From an uncultured Phycisphaeraceae bacterium (lineage in GTDB: Bacteria; Planctomycetota; Phycisphaerae; WQYP01), in contig CAZSYN010000001.1 in the NCBI GenBank assembly GCA_964610975.1, forward strand, positions 177,065 to 241,064: DNA of 64,000 nt. Direction: 5' to 3'. Shown one piece after another: positions 39,355 to 50,057 of this stretch; the stretch's first letter is position 1; each line of letters opens with the position of its first letter. The position numbers and the translations under genes were made by a program. The notes below the pieces were generated by a model that had not been told where the DNA came from, searched no databases, and worked only from the letters and a program-made list of their open reading frames with translations.

Positions 39355-40422
39355 ATGTCATCTCCAGAGTTGCTTTGCCAAAGCGCCTACCTTCCGTATC
39401 CGCATGCCAATCCGTTTACAAAAGACGGAAGGGTGTTGATGGTTCAGCAGGATCAGGATGGCCGGCGTATTGTGGCCAAAGGATTGGCGGCGCATGACGG
39501 CGATGTTAAAACGATTGTTCAGGTAAACCCTGTTCATGATTCGGATAAACATCTGATTTTTGATATCGCGTATCAGGCTTCGCGCCTGATGCTGAATTAC
39601 AATCAGGCCGTTTATTTGATTGATCCCGGCCAGTATGACGCCAGGCTTCCGTCACCGATTTATCGGCCGGACGCGGGGGCCGTTCTTTACGGAATCCCCA
39701 GCATTCGCAGCGATGGCACAACAGCTCTGATCCTTGAGCATCAGGGTGATGTTTCTACGTTAAATGAAATAAATGTAGATACAGGCAAAGTCCGTGTGCT
39801 GATGAAAAAATCATGGCTCGTGGGCCACGCTCATTATGTTCCCGGTGATGAAAATTGGGTAGGGGTCTGCCATGAGGGCCCTACGGAAAAGATCCCCGAC
39901 CGCGTATGGGCATGGCATGAACGTCTTGCGCCGGAAGGGCGCTGCGTTTTTGATCAAAAATCGGATGATCCGAAGTATTTTCTCAACGTCGGCCATGAAC
40001 GTTGGGGATTTCTTGGCGCAAGCGGGCTCGCCGTGGCATACGGCTGCTCGCCGGCAGGGCCGCGCGGATTGTGGCAGGTTTTTGCGGACGGCAGGGCGGC
40101 AAAGCAGATTTTCAGCAATGATCGCTGCTGGCATTGCGATATTTCGCGCGACGGCCGATATGCGCTCGCCGATACCACCGGTACGTGGAATTTACCCGGC
40201 CACGGGTGGGAAAATGATGATAAAAACCGGTCTATTTTGCTCATTGATGTGGCCACTGGCCGACATGTTGTGCTTGGTTCGGCCGGCGGCGATACACATC
40301 CGTATCATCCGCATCCGATCTTTTCGCCTGATGGCCAAAATGTATTTTTTAATACCAAGCGCGGCAACGAAACGGCCGTGATGATCGTGCGAATCGGCGA
40401 TCCTGCTGCTTATTTTGCATAA
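39355..40422 (+). CDS. Oligogalacturonide lyase-like (PL22-like) beta-propeller protein.
   Basis: Blocks resembling the Ogl family (GHA.YVPGDE.WVGVCHEGP; HPYHPHPIFSPDGQNVFF). Start called at MSSPEL, which has an AAGGAAA RBS; the ORF track starts at 39322. Confidence 0.6.
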   Translation: MSSPELLCQSAYLPYPHANPFTKDGRVLMVQQDQDGRRIVAKGLAAHDGDVKTIVQVNPVHDSDKHLIFDIAYQASRLMLNYNQAVYLIDPGQYDARLPSPIYRPDAGAVLYGIPSIRSDGTTALILEHQGDVSTLNEINVDTGKVRVLMKKSWLVGHAHYVPGDENWVGVCHEGPTEKIPDRVWAWHERLAPEGRCVFDQKSDDPKYFLNVGHERWGFLGASGLAVAYGCSPAGPRGLWQVFADGRAAKQIFSNDRCWHCDISRDGRYALADTTGTWNLPGHGWENDDKNRSILLIDVATGRHVVLGSAGGDTHPYHPHPIFSPDGQNVFFNTKRGNETAVMIVRIGDPAAYFA

Positions 40423-40473
40423 CATGAACTTGAATGGCCGGCGTTATTCTGGCGGCAATCCGGGTAATGCCTG

Positions 40474-41283
40474 TCATAGCGAGTTCATCCATTGAATGTA
40501 GGCCGGAAATGCGATGTCTGGTTCTTCAAGATGGCGTTGCCAGCGTTTTTCGTGCTCAAACATATACCAGCCGTCGTAACCGCCATGATTGAGCCGGCGA
40601 ATACATTCATTAAGCGGCAATTCTCCGGCGCCCGGCAATACAATTCTGCAATTATTTTTGGCTGCGGAATCCGCAATTGCATCTTTTATATGAACATATA
40701 TTATTTTATCATGGCATGATTCATAGGTATTGACGGGATTTTCGTGACCTTCAAGAATTGTGTGTTCAATATCCCAGATCAATCCGGAATTATGCACGGC
40801 CGCAAGATGAAGTAATTGCAGGCAATCCTGACTGCGCGACCAATGGTCGTGCGTTTCAAGGAGCCAGTTGAGCGACTCCGCGCCCGGCAGACTGGCGATT
40901 TGCTGTAATGTGCGTGCGCCTACGGCCGCGGCCTTTGCGATGCCGATCTGGGGTACCGGCCCGCCGCCAAACACTCTCATGTTTTTTACGCCCAGCGCAT
41001 GGGCGATCGGAATATACCGGCGCGCTTCTTCAAGATTGGCGCGAAGCTTATCGCTGTCACACAACCAGATTGATGTGGATAAGCCGGAAACCGTCAGGCC
41101 GGCGTCAGCAATTCTTTTTGCCGTTACGGAAAGATCCTGTAAAAATTCCGGCATCAAGGTGATATCAAGTTGATTGCCGATGCCGCGAAAATCAATGCCC
41201 TGACACCCATATGCCGAAAATCGGTCCAGAATCGTAGCCAGATCCCAATCAGGACAACCGAGTGTTGAAATGCTCAGCCTCAT
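40474..41283 (-). CDS. Sugar phosphate isomerase/epimerase (xylose-isomerase-like TIM barrel).
   Basis: Characteristic N-terminal LSISTLGC and conserved Glu/His/Asp metal-ligand positions. Confidence 0.8.
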   Translation of the reverse strand: MRLSISTLGCPDWDLATILDRFSAYGCQGIDFRGIGNQLDITLMPEFLQDLSVTAKRIADAGLTVSGLSTSIWLCDSDKLRANLEEARRYIPIAHALGVKNMRVFGGGPVPQIGIAKAAAVGARTLQQIASLPGAESLNWLLETHDHWSRSQDCLQLLHLAAVHNSGLIWDIEHTILEGHENPVNTYESCHDKIIYVHIKDAIADSAAKNNCRIVLPGAGELPLNECIRRLNHGGYDGWYMFEHEKRWQRHLEEPDIAFPAYIQWMNSL

Positions 41284-41386
41284 GCGTCATCCCATCATTT
41301 AATGAGAATTAATGACATGAAAGTCACGTAATCAATCGGTTGATTATCGCATAAAAATATGAAATGACAACTGCATGCGGGCAAAT

Positions 41387-42385
41387 TTATGCAGATGACG
41401 CGCGTGCATGCAGTACCGGATCAACAGAAATCTGCACTACGGCATTACCGTTCATCTGGGCAAGTAGTTGTTCAACGGCTTTGCCGCCGCGCACAAATTC
41501 TTCCTGCGAAACGGATGTCATCGGCACCACGCAGAATGAACAGAAAGGAGAATTATCAACGCCGGCAATACGGACATCAGCCGGCACTTTTTTTCCCGCT
41601 TTGATCAGCGCATGCAGGGCGCCGATGGCCTGCTGATCGGATTGCGCCGCAATGCCGTCAAATGGAATTTGGCGCGCAAGCAAATCCTGAACAACCTCCA
41701 CGCCGGTGTCATGCAGATAATTCCGTACAGGCAGAACATATTCTTCCCGGTAGGGCAGATGATTCTGCTCAAGAGCCTGTTGATATCCCTTAAGCCGTAA
41801 CGGGCTGACCTGAATATGGGCAATATTTTTGCATCCCTGATCAACGAGATGCTGCGTGCCAATTCGGCCGACCTCGGCCTGATCAATACCCACGTTGGCA
41901 ATTTTCTGATGAATCGGGTAATCCATGACCGTCACAACGTGCAGCCCGCTTTTACGGATACGATCCAGTTTTGTTCCCAGTTCTGAATGCTGCACGCCGC
42001 CGACGATAATGCCGTCCATGCGGCTCGGTGTGATTTCCGCAATAGCCTGGTCAAACTCCTGAATACTGCCAAAATACGTCAGGATCAGCCGTTGCTGGCC
42101 GATGCGCGCGGCCTCGGCAATGCCGCGTACCAGTGATTCTGCAATGCCGGAGCCCGGCACGCCGTGATGGTGAATATAAACGCCAATGACGTTCTGCCGG
42201 CCAGTGGCAAGTCCGGCGGCGGCGGAGTTTTTGACATAGCCCAATTCGTCGGCTTTTTGACGTATGGCCGCAATGGTATCTGCGCTTGCGCCGGTTGTGC
42301 CAAGCCGCCCGTTGAGAACTTTTGATACCAGCGATATTGACACGTTCAGTGATCGTGCAATATCCACAAGCGAAGCCGCCATAAG
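41387..42385 (-). CDS. LacI-family transcriptional regulator.
   Basis: HTH LVDIARSLNVSISLVSKVLNG followed by a PBP-like domain. Start called at MAASLV to avoid overlap with the upstream gene; the ORF track extends to 42493. Confidence 0.85.
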   Translation of the reverse strand, partial: LMAASLVDIARSLNVSISLVSKVLNGRLGTTGASADTIAAIRQKADELGYVKNSAAAGLATGRQNVIGVYIHHHGVPGSGIAESLVRGIAEAARIGQQRLILTYFGSIQEFDQAIAEITPSRMDGIIVGGVQHSELGTKLDRIRKSGLHVVTVMDYPIHQKIANVGIDQAEVGRIGTQHLVDQGCKNIAHIQVSPLRLKGYQQALEQNHLPYREEYVLPVRNYLHDTGVEVVQDLLARQIPFDGIAAQSDQQAIGALHALIKAGKKVPADVRIAGVDNSPFCSFCVVPMTSVSQEEFVRGGKAVEQLLAQMNGNAVVQISVDPVLHARASSA

Positions 42386-42453
42386 GGCCCTTTCCTCACG
42401 GAGTTGAATAAGAGCCCGTATTATATACAAAATCGCCAGTGACGCATCATATC

Positions 42454-43716
42454 TTATGCATCGGCCACCCAAAGAGCATCCGGGGCGGCCCATGATGGCG
42501 GCGTAACTTCAATATCAGACGCGGCATCGATCATCATTTCGCCAAACCACTGCCCGTTAACAGGATTGAACCAACGCGCCCTGAGAACAGGGCGGCCAAG
42601 ATGATGCACATTCACTTTTATTGTCTTGCTGAGAGGGAAATAAACCATCACAAAACGATCATCGCTGCCGCGGCAAGCCTGTATATGCCGCGCCTGATGA
42701 TCATCCGCATCAACAACCATATTCAGATCCGGAATGCGGTCCAAATAGGGGCCTGATTCAATCAGTTGGCGCACAAATTTCATCTGCCCTGAGCCCGGCA
42801 GGTGCATGGCTTCTCGCCACGGCAAGAATGCGTGAGTAGCGGATTCGCGCCCCACATCAAAAAGTTGCCATATCTCATGACATCCGTATGTGTGCCCGCA
42901 TGCGCCGGCGCAAATAGCCCAGTATGCAAATTGCCGGCAATCGACATCCGTCAGCAATCCGTTGTCAATTTTAAAACCAGAAGGATGATGTTCATACCCA
43001 GGTTCCGCATCAAGACACGGCTTGGTAGGGAGGCGCAGGAAATCATCAATAATAGATCGCCAGTTATCCCGGCCAAAAGTGTGCCCTGTCTGATACATAT
43101 TAAAATCAAGCCAGTGTCGGTTGTGAAAATGCTGGGCGGATGTGAACTGGCCATTGGGGTGAAAAGTCATCAGATGACGCCCCTCATCGCCGGCCTTAAG
43201 TCCCTCGGCCATGCGATCAATCACATCCGCATGTTCCGGCTTATGTATCTGCCGGTCACCGCCAAGAACCCAGATCACATCAGCATCACGATATCGCGTA
43301 CCCAGATACCGGCCCCAGGAATAAGCATTGTCAGAATTGAATATTTCGGGTCCTTTGCCCCAGCATTGATTCCATTTATCGCCCCACGTGGGCAGCATGG
43401 CAACATACATTCCCAGTTCATTGGCGCGGGCCACAACCCAGTCAACATGTCGCATGTATTCTTCATTTGGTTTTTCAGGATCGCATTCATGCAGTGGTAA
43501 ATGACCATATGAATTAGGTATTCGCAAGCCGTCCATTTCCGCCAGAACGACCGCCTGAATGGCCGTAAATCCTTTAGCCGCCCGATCAGACAAAATCAGA
43601 TCCGCCTCTTCACGCGTTGTGCGATGAAATAATTCCCATATCGTATCGGCCAGATAAAACCACGGAGTGCCATCGTCCTTCGTTAAATAACGTTTATTTG
43701 AACTGACTTTGAGCAT
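42454..43716 (-). CDS. DUF4038-containing glycoside hydrolase (GH140-like).
   Basis: N-terminal DGTPWFYLADTIWELF matches the DUF4038 signature (...FFWLGDTAWELF...). Confidence 0.7.
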   Translation of the reverse strand: MLKVSSNKRYLTKDDGTPWFYLADTIWELFHRTTREEADLILSDRAAKGFTAIQAVVLAEMDGLRIPNSYGHLPLHECDPEKPNEEYMRHVDWVVARANELGMYVAMLPTWGDKWNQCWGKGPEIFNSDNAYSWGRYLGTRYRDADVIWVLGGDRQIHKPEHADVIDRMAEGLKAGDEGRHLMTFHPNGQFTSAQHFHNRHWLDFNMYQTGHTFGRDNWRSIIDDFLRLPTKPCLDAEPGYEHHPSGFKIDNGLLTDVDCRQFAYWAICAGACGHTYGCHEIWQLFDVGRESATHAFLPWREAMHLPGSGQMKFVRQLIESGPYLDRIPDLNMVVDADDHQARHIQACRGSDDRFVMVYFPLSKTIKVNVHHLGRPVLRARWFNPVNGQWFGEMMIDAASDIEVTPPSWAAPDALWVADA

Positions 43717-44009
43717 GAGTAATTGCCATTCCGTATGATGTACCGAATTATCACTCAGACATCATATTTCCTGTCACATTTTCAACAATGATCATACTGG
43801 TACAGAAGTAGCAAACTTGGCCGCACCCAAACAACAAACCCCAGTTTCTCTCCCCCGCCGTATTTTGCTACGTCCTATAAGATATCTTATGTATAATTGT
43901 GTCTTACTCGGGATATGCCGGGGTAAATTCTTATAGGAATGCCTGAAAAGTCGCTGCATCACCCCTATGATTGGCGAATGGGGATTGTTTTTACGTGGAG
44001 GAAATCTGA

Positions 44010-44612
44010 ATGACCAATCTCGACCAGATCATGGCGTTTAACCGCGATTTTGTGGCTAGCAAGTCCTATGAACGATTTAAGACGGATCGTTATCCTGCCA
44101 AGAAGATGGTCATCCTGACTTGCATGGATACCCGGCTTATTGAATTGCTGCCCAATGCCATGAATATCAAAAATGGTGACGTTAAGATCATTAAAAATGC
44201 CGGCGCAATCGTGACGCATCCGTTCGGATCGGTCATGCGATCTATTTTGGTTGCCGTATACCAACTAGGGGCCCAGGAAATTCTTGTTGTGGGTCACCAT
44301 CAATGCGGCATGACCGGCCTGCGTTCTGAGCAGATTCTTGATCATGCTGTGGCCCGCGGCGTACCGGAGACCACAATTCGCCTGCTTCAGAACTCTGGCC
44401 TGAACCTGTCCCACTGGCTCAGCGGTTTTGAGTCCGTACAAAAAAGCGTGCTAGCTTCAGTTGATCTCATCCGCAATCATCCGTTGTTGCCAACGGATAT
44501 AGCTGTTCATGGGCTGATTATTCATCCGGAAACCGGCGCGCTTGATATCCTGTCTGAAGGATATACCCTGGCAGGGGGCAATAAAGGAACTGGCGTGGTC
44601 GCAACGTCATAA
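44010..44612 (+). CDS. Beta-class carbonic anhydrase.
   Basis: Zinc-ligand motifs CMDTR and HHQCG at the usual spacing. Confidence 0.85.
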   Translation: MTNLDQIMAFNRDFVASKSYERFKTDRYPAKKMVILTCMDTRLIELLPNAMNIKNGDVKIIKNAGAIVTHPFGSVMRSILVAVYQLGAQEILVVGHHQCGMTGLRSEQILDHAVARGVPETTIRLLQNSGLNLSHWLSGFESVQKSVLASVDLIRNHPLLPTDIAVHGLIIHPETGALDILSEGYTLAGGNKGTGVVATS

Positions 44613-44684
44613 CGATCATTGGGCCCATTACCGCCCCGCCGGAGGATTTTATAGTATGCGCCAACTCACAAGGATCAATGCATC

Positions 44685-45284
44685 ATGAACATGCTGATAG
44701 CGATAAGGTTGCCGGCCGGCGTGCCCGTATTGATTGCGGAAATGCACTGGGGATACTGGTTATGCCTGGCCGCGGCTGGGGTATTTTTACTCTGGCTTGG
44801 CTGGCAGCAGAAAAATAAAATTGAAAAAATATCCGGCGGGGCCCTACTGGCCATTTTGCTCTTGTGGGTAGTACTTTCGGCCATTCTGGTTTCGCCAGCA
44901 GAACGTTTATATCAGGCGCATCAGGATCTTGCTGATGCGGCAACACGGCATGATGTCCGCGCCATACTGAATTTCTTTGAGTCCGGAGTCAATATTCCGG
45001 TCATCAAGTACGGCCAGGGGCAAACCGCCGAGGAACAAATAGAATCTCGACTGAAACTTTACGGAATCAAAAATAACACGATACAAAATGTTGATATACA
45101 GATATCCGGGCCATCCGCCATTACGCAACTGAGAATCCTGACGCAAAGCGATTTTGGCCCCGTGCAAACAACATGGCGCCTTGAATGGGCGGATCAGCCA
45201 CAATCAGACTGGCGCATTGTCGGTATTGATTTGCTTAAAGTTGGTGACCGGCCACTGGGTATGCTGCCCGAACCTGGCATGTGA
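44685..45284 (+). CDS. Hypothetical small membrane protein.
   Basis: 2-3 predicted TM helices at the N-terminus and an ORF of plausible length. No homology recognised. Confidence 0.45.
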   Translation: MNMLIAIRLPAGVPVLIAEMHWGYWLCLAAAGVFLLWLGWQQKNKIEKISGGALLAILLLWVVLSAILVSPAERLYQAHQDLADAATRHDVRAILNFFESGVNIPVIKYGQGQTAEEQIESRLKLYGIKNNTIQNVDIQISGPSAITQLRILTQSDFGPVQTTWRLEWADQPQSDWRIVGIDLLKVGDRPLGMLPEPGM

Positions 45285-45412
45285 TTTTGATGGGGCCCCT
45301 GCCAGCATTTCTTAATTTTGATAGATACGCAGATCATGTTCACTCGCCCTGTGCGGCAATATCCCGTAAAATATTCGAAAGGATATTCGCATAAAGGCAA
45401 GAAGGATTCTGT

Positions 45413-46213
45413 ATGGCCGTCAAAGTTTTATTGTTGCGTACTGCTGGCACTAATTGTGATCGCGAACTGGCGCATGCTTTTAAGCTGGCCGGGGGCGATG
45501 TTGATCTGCTGCATATGAATAAAGTGATGGCAGATCCGGGCGTATTGGCCGGTTATCAGATACTTGGCCTGCCTGGCGGGTTCTCATATGGCGACGATAT
45601 CGCCTCCGGTAAAATCTTTGCCAATCAGATCATACATCATCTGAAGGCCCCCCTGCGGCAATTTGTTGATGATGGCAAAATGATCTTCGGCGTCTGTAAT
45701 GGATTTCAGATCCTGGTTAAATCAGGCTTGTTGCCGGGCCCGATGCCGCAGCTTGATGCGGAAGACTGGCACCCCACCACGCTGACCTACAACACCAGCG
45801 GAAAATTTGAAGATCGCTGGGTGACGATTCGTTCTGAATCCAAAAACTGCAAGTGGATTCCGGCCGGCGTGAGCATGCAGGTTCCCGTAGCGCATGGCGA
45901 AGGGCGTTTTGCCGTTCGCGAGCCAAAAATTCTTGATGCACTCAAAGCAAATGACCAGATCGCATTCCGCTATATTGATGCCGAAGGAAAACCGGCCGTC
46001 AATTTCCCGGAAAACCCCAATGGTTCGCTTGAGAGCATCGCCGGTATTTGTGACGTCACGGGGCGGGTTCTCGGCCTGATGCCGCATCCGGAACGCATTG
46101 TTGACGCCATTAATTCGCCTGATTTTACCCGCAGTGGTGGGCATCCCAGCGGCCTGCTGATGTTTAAGACCGCCGTTGAATATGTTCAGTCTCAGCAAAC
46201 GGTAAGCGTATAA
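45413..46213 (+). CDS. purQ: Phosphoribosylformylglycinamidine synthase subunit PurQ (glutaminase).
   Basis: Class I GATase blocks (GTNCDRE, PGGFSYGDD, GVCNGFQIL). Confidence 0.85.
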   Translation: MAVKVLLLRTAGTNCDRELAHAFKLAGGDVDLLHMNKVMADPGVLAGYQILGLPGGFSYGDDIASGKIFANQIIHHLKAPLRQFVDDGKMIFGVCNGFQILVKSGLLPGPMPQLDAEDWHPTTLTYNTSGKFEDRWVTIRSESKNCKWIPAGVSMQVPVAHGEGRFAVREPKILDALKANDQIAFRYIDAEGKPAVNFPENPNGSLESIAGICDVTGRVLGLMPHPERIVDAINSPDFTRSGGHPSGLLMFKTAVEYVQSQQTVSV

Positions 46214-46267
46214 AGCCGGACTGATGCCCCCTGCCGGCGACATGACAATTGCGAGGGAGGATTCGTT

Positions 46268-46963
46268 ATGGCCGACAAAACACGCATTGTGTATCACGGG
46301 CACTCAAACATTGAGATTTTTCATGCCCGGCAGGTGGTGCAGATTGATCCGTTTTATACCTCAAATAAACTCGCCGACATCAAGGCGGATAAGGTAAAGC
46401 CGAATTTTATTCTGCTTTCTCATGCCCATTTTGATCATGTTGAGGATGCAGAGGCCATTGCCAAACGCACGAACGCCATGATCATCTGCAATTACGAGAT
46501 GTCGGTTTATTATGATAAAAAAGGCGTTCAGCGCACACACGGAATGAATCACGGCGGCGGGTATGATTTTCCCTTTGGCCGCGTGACGCTGACGCAAGCT
46601 TTTCATACGTCAAGTTTTGCCGACGGCACTTACGGCGGTCAGCCGGGCGGTTTTGTCCTTGAGCTTGCTGATGGGCCAACATTGTATTTTGCCGGCGATA
46701 CGGCGTTATTTGGCGATCTGAAGCTTATCGGCAAACTATGGGAAATTGACCTGGCATTCCTGCCGATCGGTGACAATTATACGATGGGGCCTGACCATGC
46801 GTGTATTGCGGCTAAAATGTTGCAGTGCGGCGCGGTGATTCCGATTCATTACAATACGTTTCCGGAGATCACGCAGGATGCTGAAGTCTTTGCCAAAAAG
46901 CTTAAGAAAAAGGCGAGCATTAAGGGATTGCCGCTAAAACCCGGGGAAAGTTACGAATTTTAA
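46268..46963 (+). CDS. Metal-dependent hydrolase, beta-lactamase fold (UPF0173-like).
   Basis: LLSHAHFDH metal-binding motif and the family size. Confidence 0.75.
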   Translation: MADKTRIVYHGHSNIEIFHARQVVQIDPFYTSNKLADIKADKVKPNFILLSHAHFDHVEDAEAIAKRTNAMIICNYEMSVYYDKKGVQRTHGMNHGGGYDFPFGRVTLTQAFHTSSFADGTYGGQPGGFVLELADGPTLYFAGDTALFGDLKLIGKLWEIDLAFLPIGDNYTMGPDHACIAAKMLQCGAVIPIHYNTFPEITQDAEVFAKKLKKKASIKGLPLKPGESYEF

Positions 46964-46988
46964 TTGCGTTCATGTTAAAAGAAGTCGT

Positions 46989-48545
46989 ATGTCAGCAACT
47001 GTATATCTGATTGGCGCAGGCCCTGGTGATCCCGGACTCATGACCATTGCCGGCGCGGAAAAACTTCGCCAGGCAGATGTGGTTGTTTATGATTACCTTG
47101 CCAACTCGCAACTTCTTGAGATATGCCCTGCCGCCTGTAAACGTATTTACGTGGGCAAATCAGGCAGTCATCACACGCTCAGCCAGGATCAAATCAACGC
47201 CTTGCTGGTAGAAGAAGCCAAGCGTGCGGATGTTCATGTTATCGCGCGGCTAAAAGGCGGAGATCCGTATGTGTTTGGCCGCGGCGGAGAAGAAGGCGAA
47301 TATCTGCATCAGGCGGGCATTCCTTTTGTCGTTATTCCCGGTGTCACCTCTGGTATTGCCGCGCCGGCATATGCGGGCATTCCGGTTACGCATCGCGACA
47401 TCACCAGCACCATCACGCTCATCACCGGCCACGAACGGGAAGATGCGGCCGAAGGTTCGCTGCGTGTCAATTATCAGGCACTGGCGCAGCTCAAGGGCAC
47501 TCTTGTTTTTTATATGGGTGTTAAGTCACTGCCGCACATTGCTGCGAGGCTCATCGCCGGCGGAATGTCGCCCGATACTCCGGCGGCCGTGATTCGCTGG
47601 GGCACCCATCCGAAACAACACACCGTAACGGCAACCATCGCAACCATTGCGGATGCTGCGGCACGCGCCAAAATAACCGCGCCGGCCATTACGATTGTCG
47701 GCGAGGTAATTTCTCTACGTGACACACTGAATTGGTTTGAGCATCAACCACTTTTTGGCAAAAAAATCATCGTGACGCGTACACGCCAGCAGGCCAGCGA
47801 ATTATCGCGTCAATTAGCAGGACTTGGCGCGGATGTTCTTGAGGCCCCCACCATTGAACTTGCGGAACCGGATCATCAGGACCGCGTTGATCATGCATTG
47901 CGTGACTTGTGTACGCGCCAGGGATCGCGCAAATATGATTGGCTTGTGCTGACATCCGTTCATGGAGTTAATGCCATGTGGCGTCATCTGCGTGCACAGG
48001 GATGTGATGCGCGAGTACTGGCGGATCTCGGCATTGCCGCTATTGGCCCGGCCACGGCTGATGCGCTGATGCGCATCGGCATTCAGGCTGATGTGCTGCC
48101 GGAGAAATTTGTCGGCGAGGAACTTGCGGCCGCCATCAAAAACAAACTGCCTGACATCGCAGGTAAACACTTTTTGTTATTAAGAGCGGATATCGCCCGG
48201 CCCGCATTGCGGGATGCTCTGCTTGCCGCAGGCGCCGTCGTTGATGATATTGCCATTTACCGCACAGTTAAGCCGCAAAGCCTTCCTGCTGATGTGCTCA
48301 CAGCGCTGAAAGAATCCCGTATTGACTGGATCACATTTACCAGCGCCAGTACGGCCGAAAACTTTGTGGCGCTGCTGCCGCAGGAACTTCGCTCCGTCGT
48401 GCAGGAAGTCAAGCTTGCGTCAATTGGCCCGATTACGACGGCCGCCATGAATCAATTACAGATGCCCCCCACTGCCGAGGCAAAAATTCATACTATTCCG
48501 GGTCTTGTTACTGCCATTGTGGAAAAAGAAAAGCCTTCCGCGTGA
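46989..48545 (+). CDS. cobA-hemD: Bifunctional uroporphyrinogen-III C-methyltransferase / uroporphyrinogen-III synthase fusion.
   Basis: N-terminal SUMT domain (VYLIGAGPGDPGLMT), C-terminal HemD-like domain, 518 aa. Confidence 0.85.
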   Translation: MSATVYLIGAGPGDPGLMTIAGAEKLRQADVVVYDYLANSQLLEICPAACKRIYVGKSGSHHTLSQDQINALLVEEAKRADVHVIARLKGGDPYVFGRGGEEGEYLHQAGIPFVVIPGVTSGIAAPAYAGIPVTHRDITSTITLITGHEREDAAEGSLRVNYQALAQLKGTLVFYMGVKSLPHIAARLIAGGMSPDTPAAVIRWGTHPKQHTVTATIATIADAAARAKITAPAITIVGEVISLRDTLNWFEHQPLFGKKIIVTRTRQQASELSRQLAGLGADVLEAPTIELAEPDHQDRVDHALRDLCTRQGSRKYDWLVLTSVHGVNAMWRHLRAQGCDARVLADLGIAAIGPATADALMRIGIQADVLPEKFVGEELAAAIKNKLPDIAGKHFLLLRADIARPALRDALLAAGAVVDDIAIYRTVKPQSLPADVLTALKESRIDWITFTSASTAENFVALLPQELRSVVQEVKLASIGPITTAAMNQLQMPPTAEAKIHTIPGLVTAIVEKEKPSA

Positions 48546-48566
48546 TCAGTGCGGAAGGCTTTTTTC
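48527..48566. terminator. Bidirectional intrinsic terminator; it overlaps the cobA-hemD stop.
   Basis: GCCTTCCGC/GCGGAAGGC 9-bp stem flanked by AAAA and TTTTTT. Confidence 0.55.
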
Positions 48567-48589
48567 ATCCGTGACAAACCTATTTGCCA

Positions 48590-49816
48590 TTATGCTTTTT
48601 GCGGCACGGGATTTTTCCACTCGCAATATTCTTCATCAAGCAGCCCCATGACACTCAACGAAAACGCAATATTCGCCCGGCCGTCACTTGCCATAAAGTC
48701 CCCATTCTCAAGCGCCGCAAGCGACTGCTCAAAACTGACTTTATTTTGTGCGCGCATCGCAAGCTGGTAATGTTGCTCAATCTCATTCGGAGTCACATGT
48801 GTTGCATGCGCAATCATATCCGCAGGATTCTTCTGCTGACTGATCATTAACGCGGCAATGCGCGCTACCGTCGGCATGTGGTGCGGATGAATCTTCAGCA
48901 CGGATTGCCAGTGACGCATGGCCGCGTCAGGCCGGCCAGTCACGTGCGCAAGCAAACCCATGCGATAACGCAACTCCGCATGATTCCAGTGTTGATTCAA
49001 CAATTGTGACAAACGCTGATATTCCGCTTGTAGCAGCAGATCAATATCGTGCGTACCGGTTGCCCATGTTGCAAGATCGTCGCGCAGGTTCTTTTTCCGC
49101 AGTTCATGGGCGAGATTTGCGGCAAGGCGCGTGCGCGCGGAATACTTCAAAAGCGTATCCGTCAACGCGGCCAGCGATTGAATTGATTGCTCAACCTGCT
49201 GAATCTGCATTGCCTGACGCGCTTGTTTCTGCAAAGCCGCATGCCATGTGATATGCGTGCCGAGAGCAAGCTCAATTTTATACATGGCTTTTTCAAAATA
49301 TCCCTGTGCACGCACATAGCGCGCAGTGCGAAGAGCCGCCGCGCCATCCTGAATATCGCGCTCAAGTTTATTGCCGCAGTCATGCTGGGTAATCTCGGCC
49401 GGAGTTGGCTCAACCATTTGCCGGGCGATATCCTGAATCAGATTGATCGCATCATCTTCACGATGAACATGCAAAAGCACGGCGCCAAGAAGGCAACTGT
49501 CGCTCATATTCTGGCTATCAGCAAGCCGTCTTGCGACTGATGCCGAAGAGACCAGATTTCCGGTTATCAACTCAAGTGCCCGCAAACGTTCAAGCGCCCA
49601 GTGAGGAACAGCATCATCACAGGCCGCCGCGCGATACAGTGACAACGCTTCTTCACGCATGCCGCTTAATTCAAATTGCCACGCACGCTGCCAGATGTGC
49701 ACAGGTGTACGCGCCAGGCGATCAAGCATGACAGGTGTTTTATCATCACATGCCGCCAGGTGAGCGCTGCGGATGCCGCAACCGAGTATACGAAGGATAA
49801 AACTCATAATCCTCAT
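48590..49816 (-). CDS. TPR-repeat protein.
   Basis: Multiple TPR-like helical repeats (A..Y..A, W...G...A periodicity). Confidence 0.6.
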   Translation of the reverse strand: MRIMSFILRILGCGIRSAHLAACDDKTPVMLDRLARTPVHIWQRAWQFELSGMREEALSLYRAAACDDAVPHWALERLRALELITGNLVSSASVARRLADSQNMSDSCLLGAVLLHVHREDDAINLIQDIARQMVEPTPAEITQHDCGNKLERDIQDGAAALRTARYVRAQGYFEKAMYKIELALGTHITWHAALQKQARQAMQIQQVEQSIQSLAALTDTLLKYSARTRLAANLAHELRKKNLRDDLATWATGTHDIDLLLQAEYQRLSQLLNQHWNHAELRYRMGLLAHVTGRPDAAMRHWQSVLKIHPHHMPTVARIAALMISQQKNPADMIAHATHVTPNEIEQHYQLAMRAQNKVSFEQSLAALENGDFMASDGRANIAFSLSVMGLLDEEYCEWKNPVPQKA

Positions 49817-50057
49817 CCGTACAAAATGTCACCGCAGCCAGAGCATTCACGCACTGACCCTCTCCCAGAAACTGGTGATGGTGGCTTGGGTGATTTACAA
49901 CAAAACCGCACGTCATTTTCTGCGGCGTCGTCAAGCAAGCGACGACACTCTCAACATCGGCCTGTTATCCGCGCCTCTTAATGAATTACAGAAATTCCGT
50001 TTCAGATAGTTCCGAGAATGTTGTGTCCGCAGATAGTGAGCGGCGGCTTTATGGGGC

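Noticed and set aside
43717-44009. Possible riboswitch/attenuator in the 290-nt region upstream of the beta-carbonic anhydrase gene (hairpin CCCCTATGATTGGCGAATGGGG followed by TTGTTTTT).
   Set aside because: The stem is only 4-6 bp and matches no riboswitch class I could recognise. More likely it is just a promoter region with an extended -10 (TGTATAAT near 43903).
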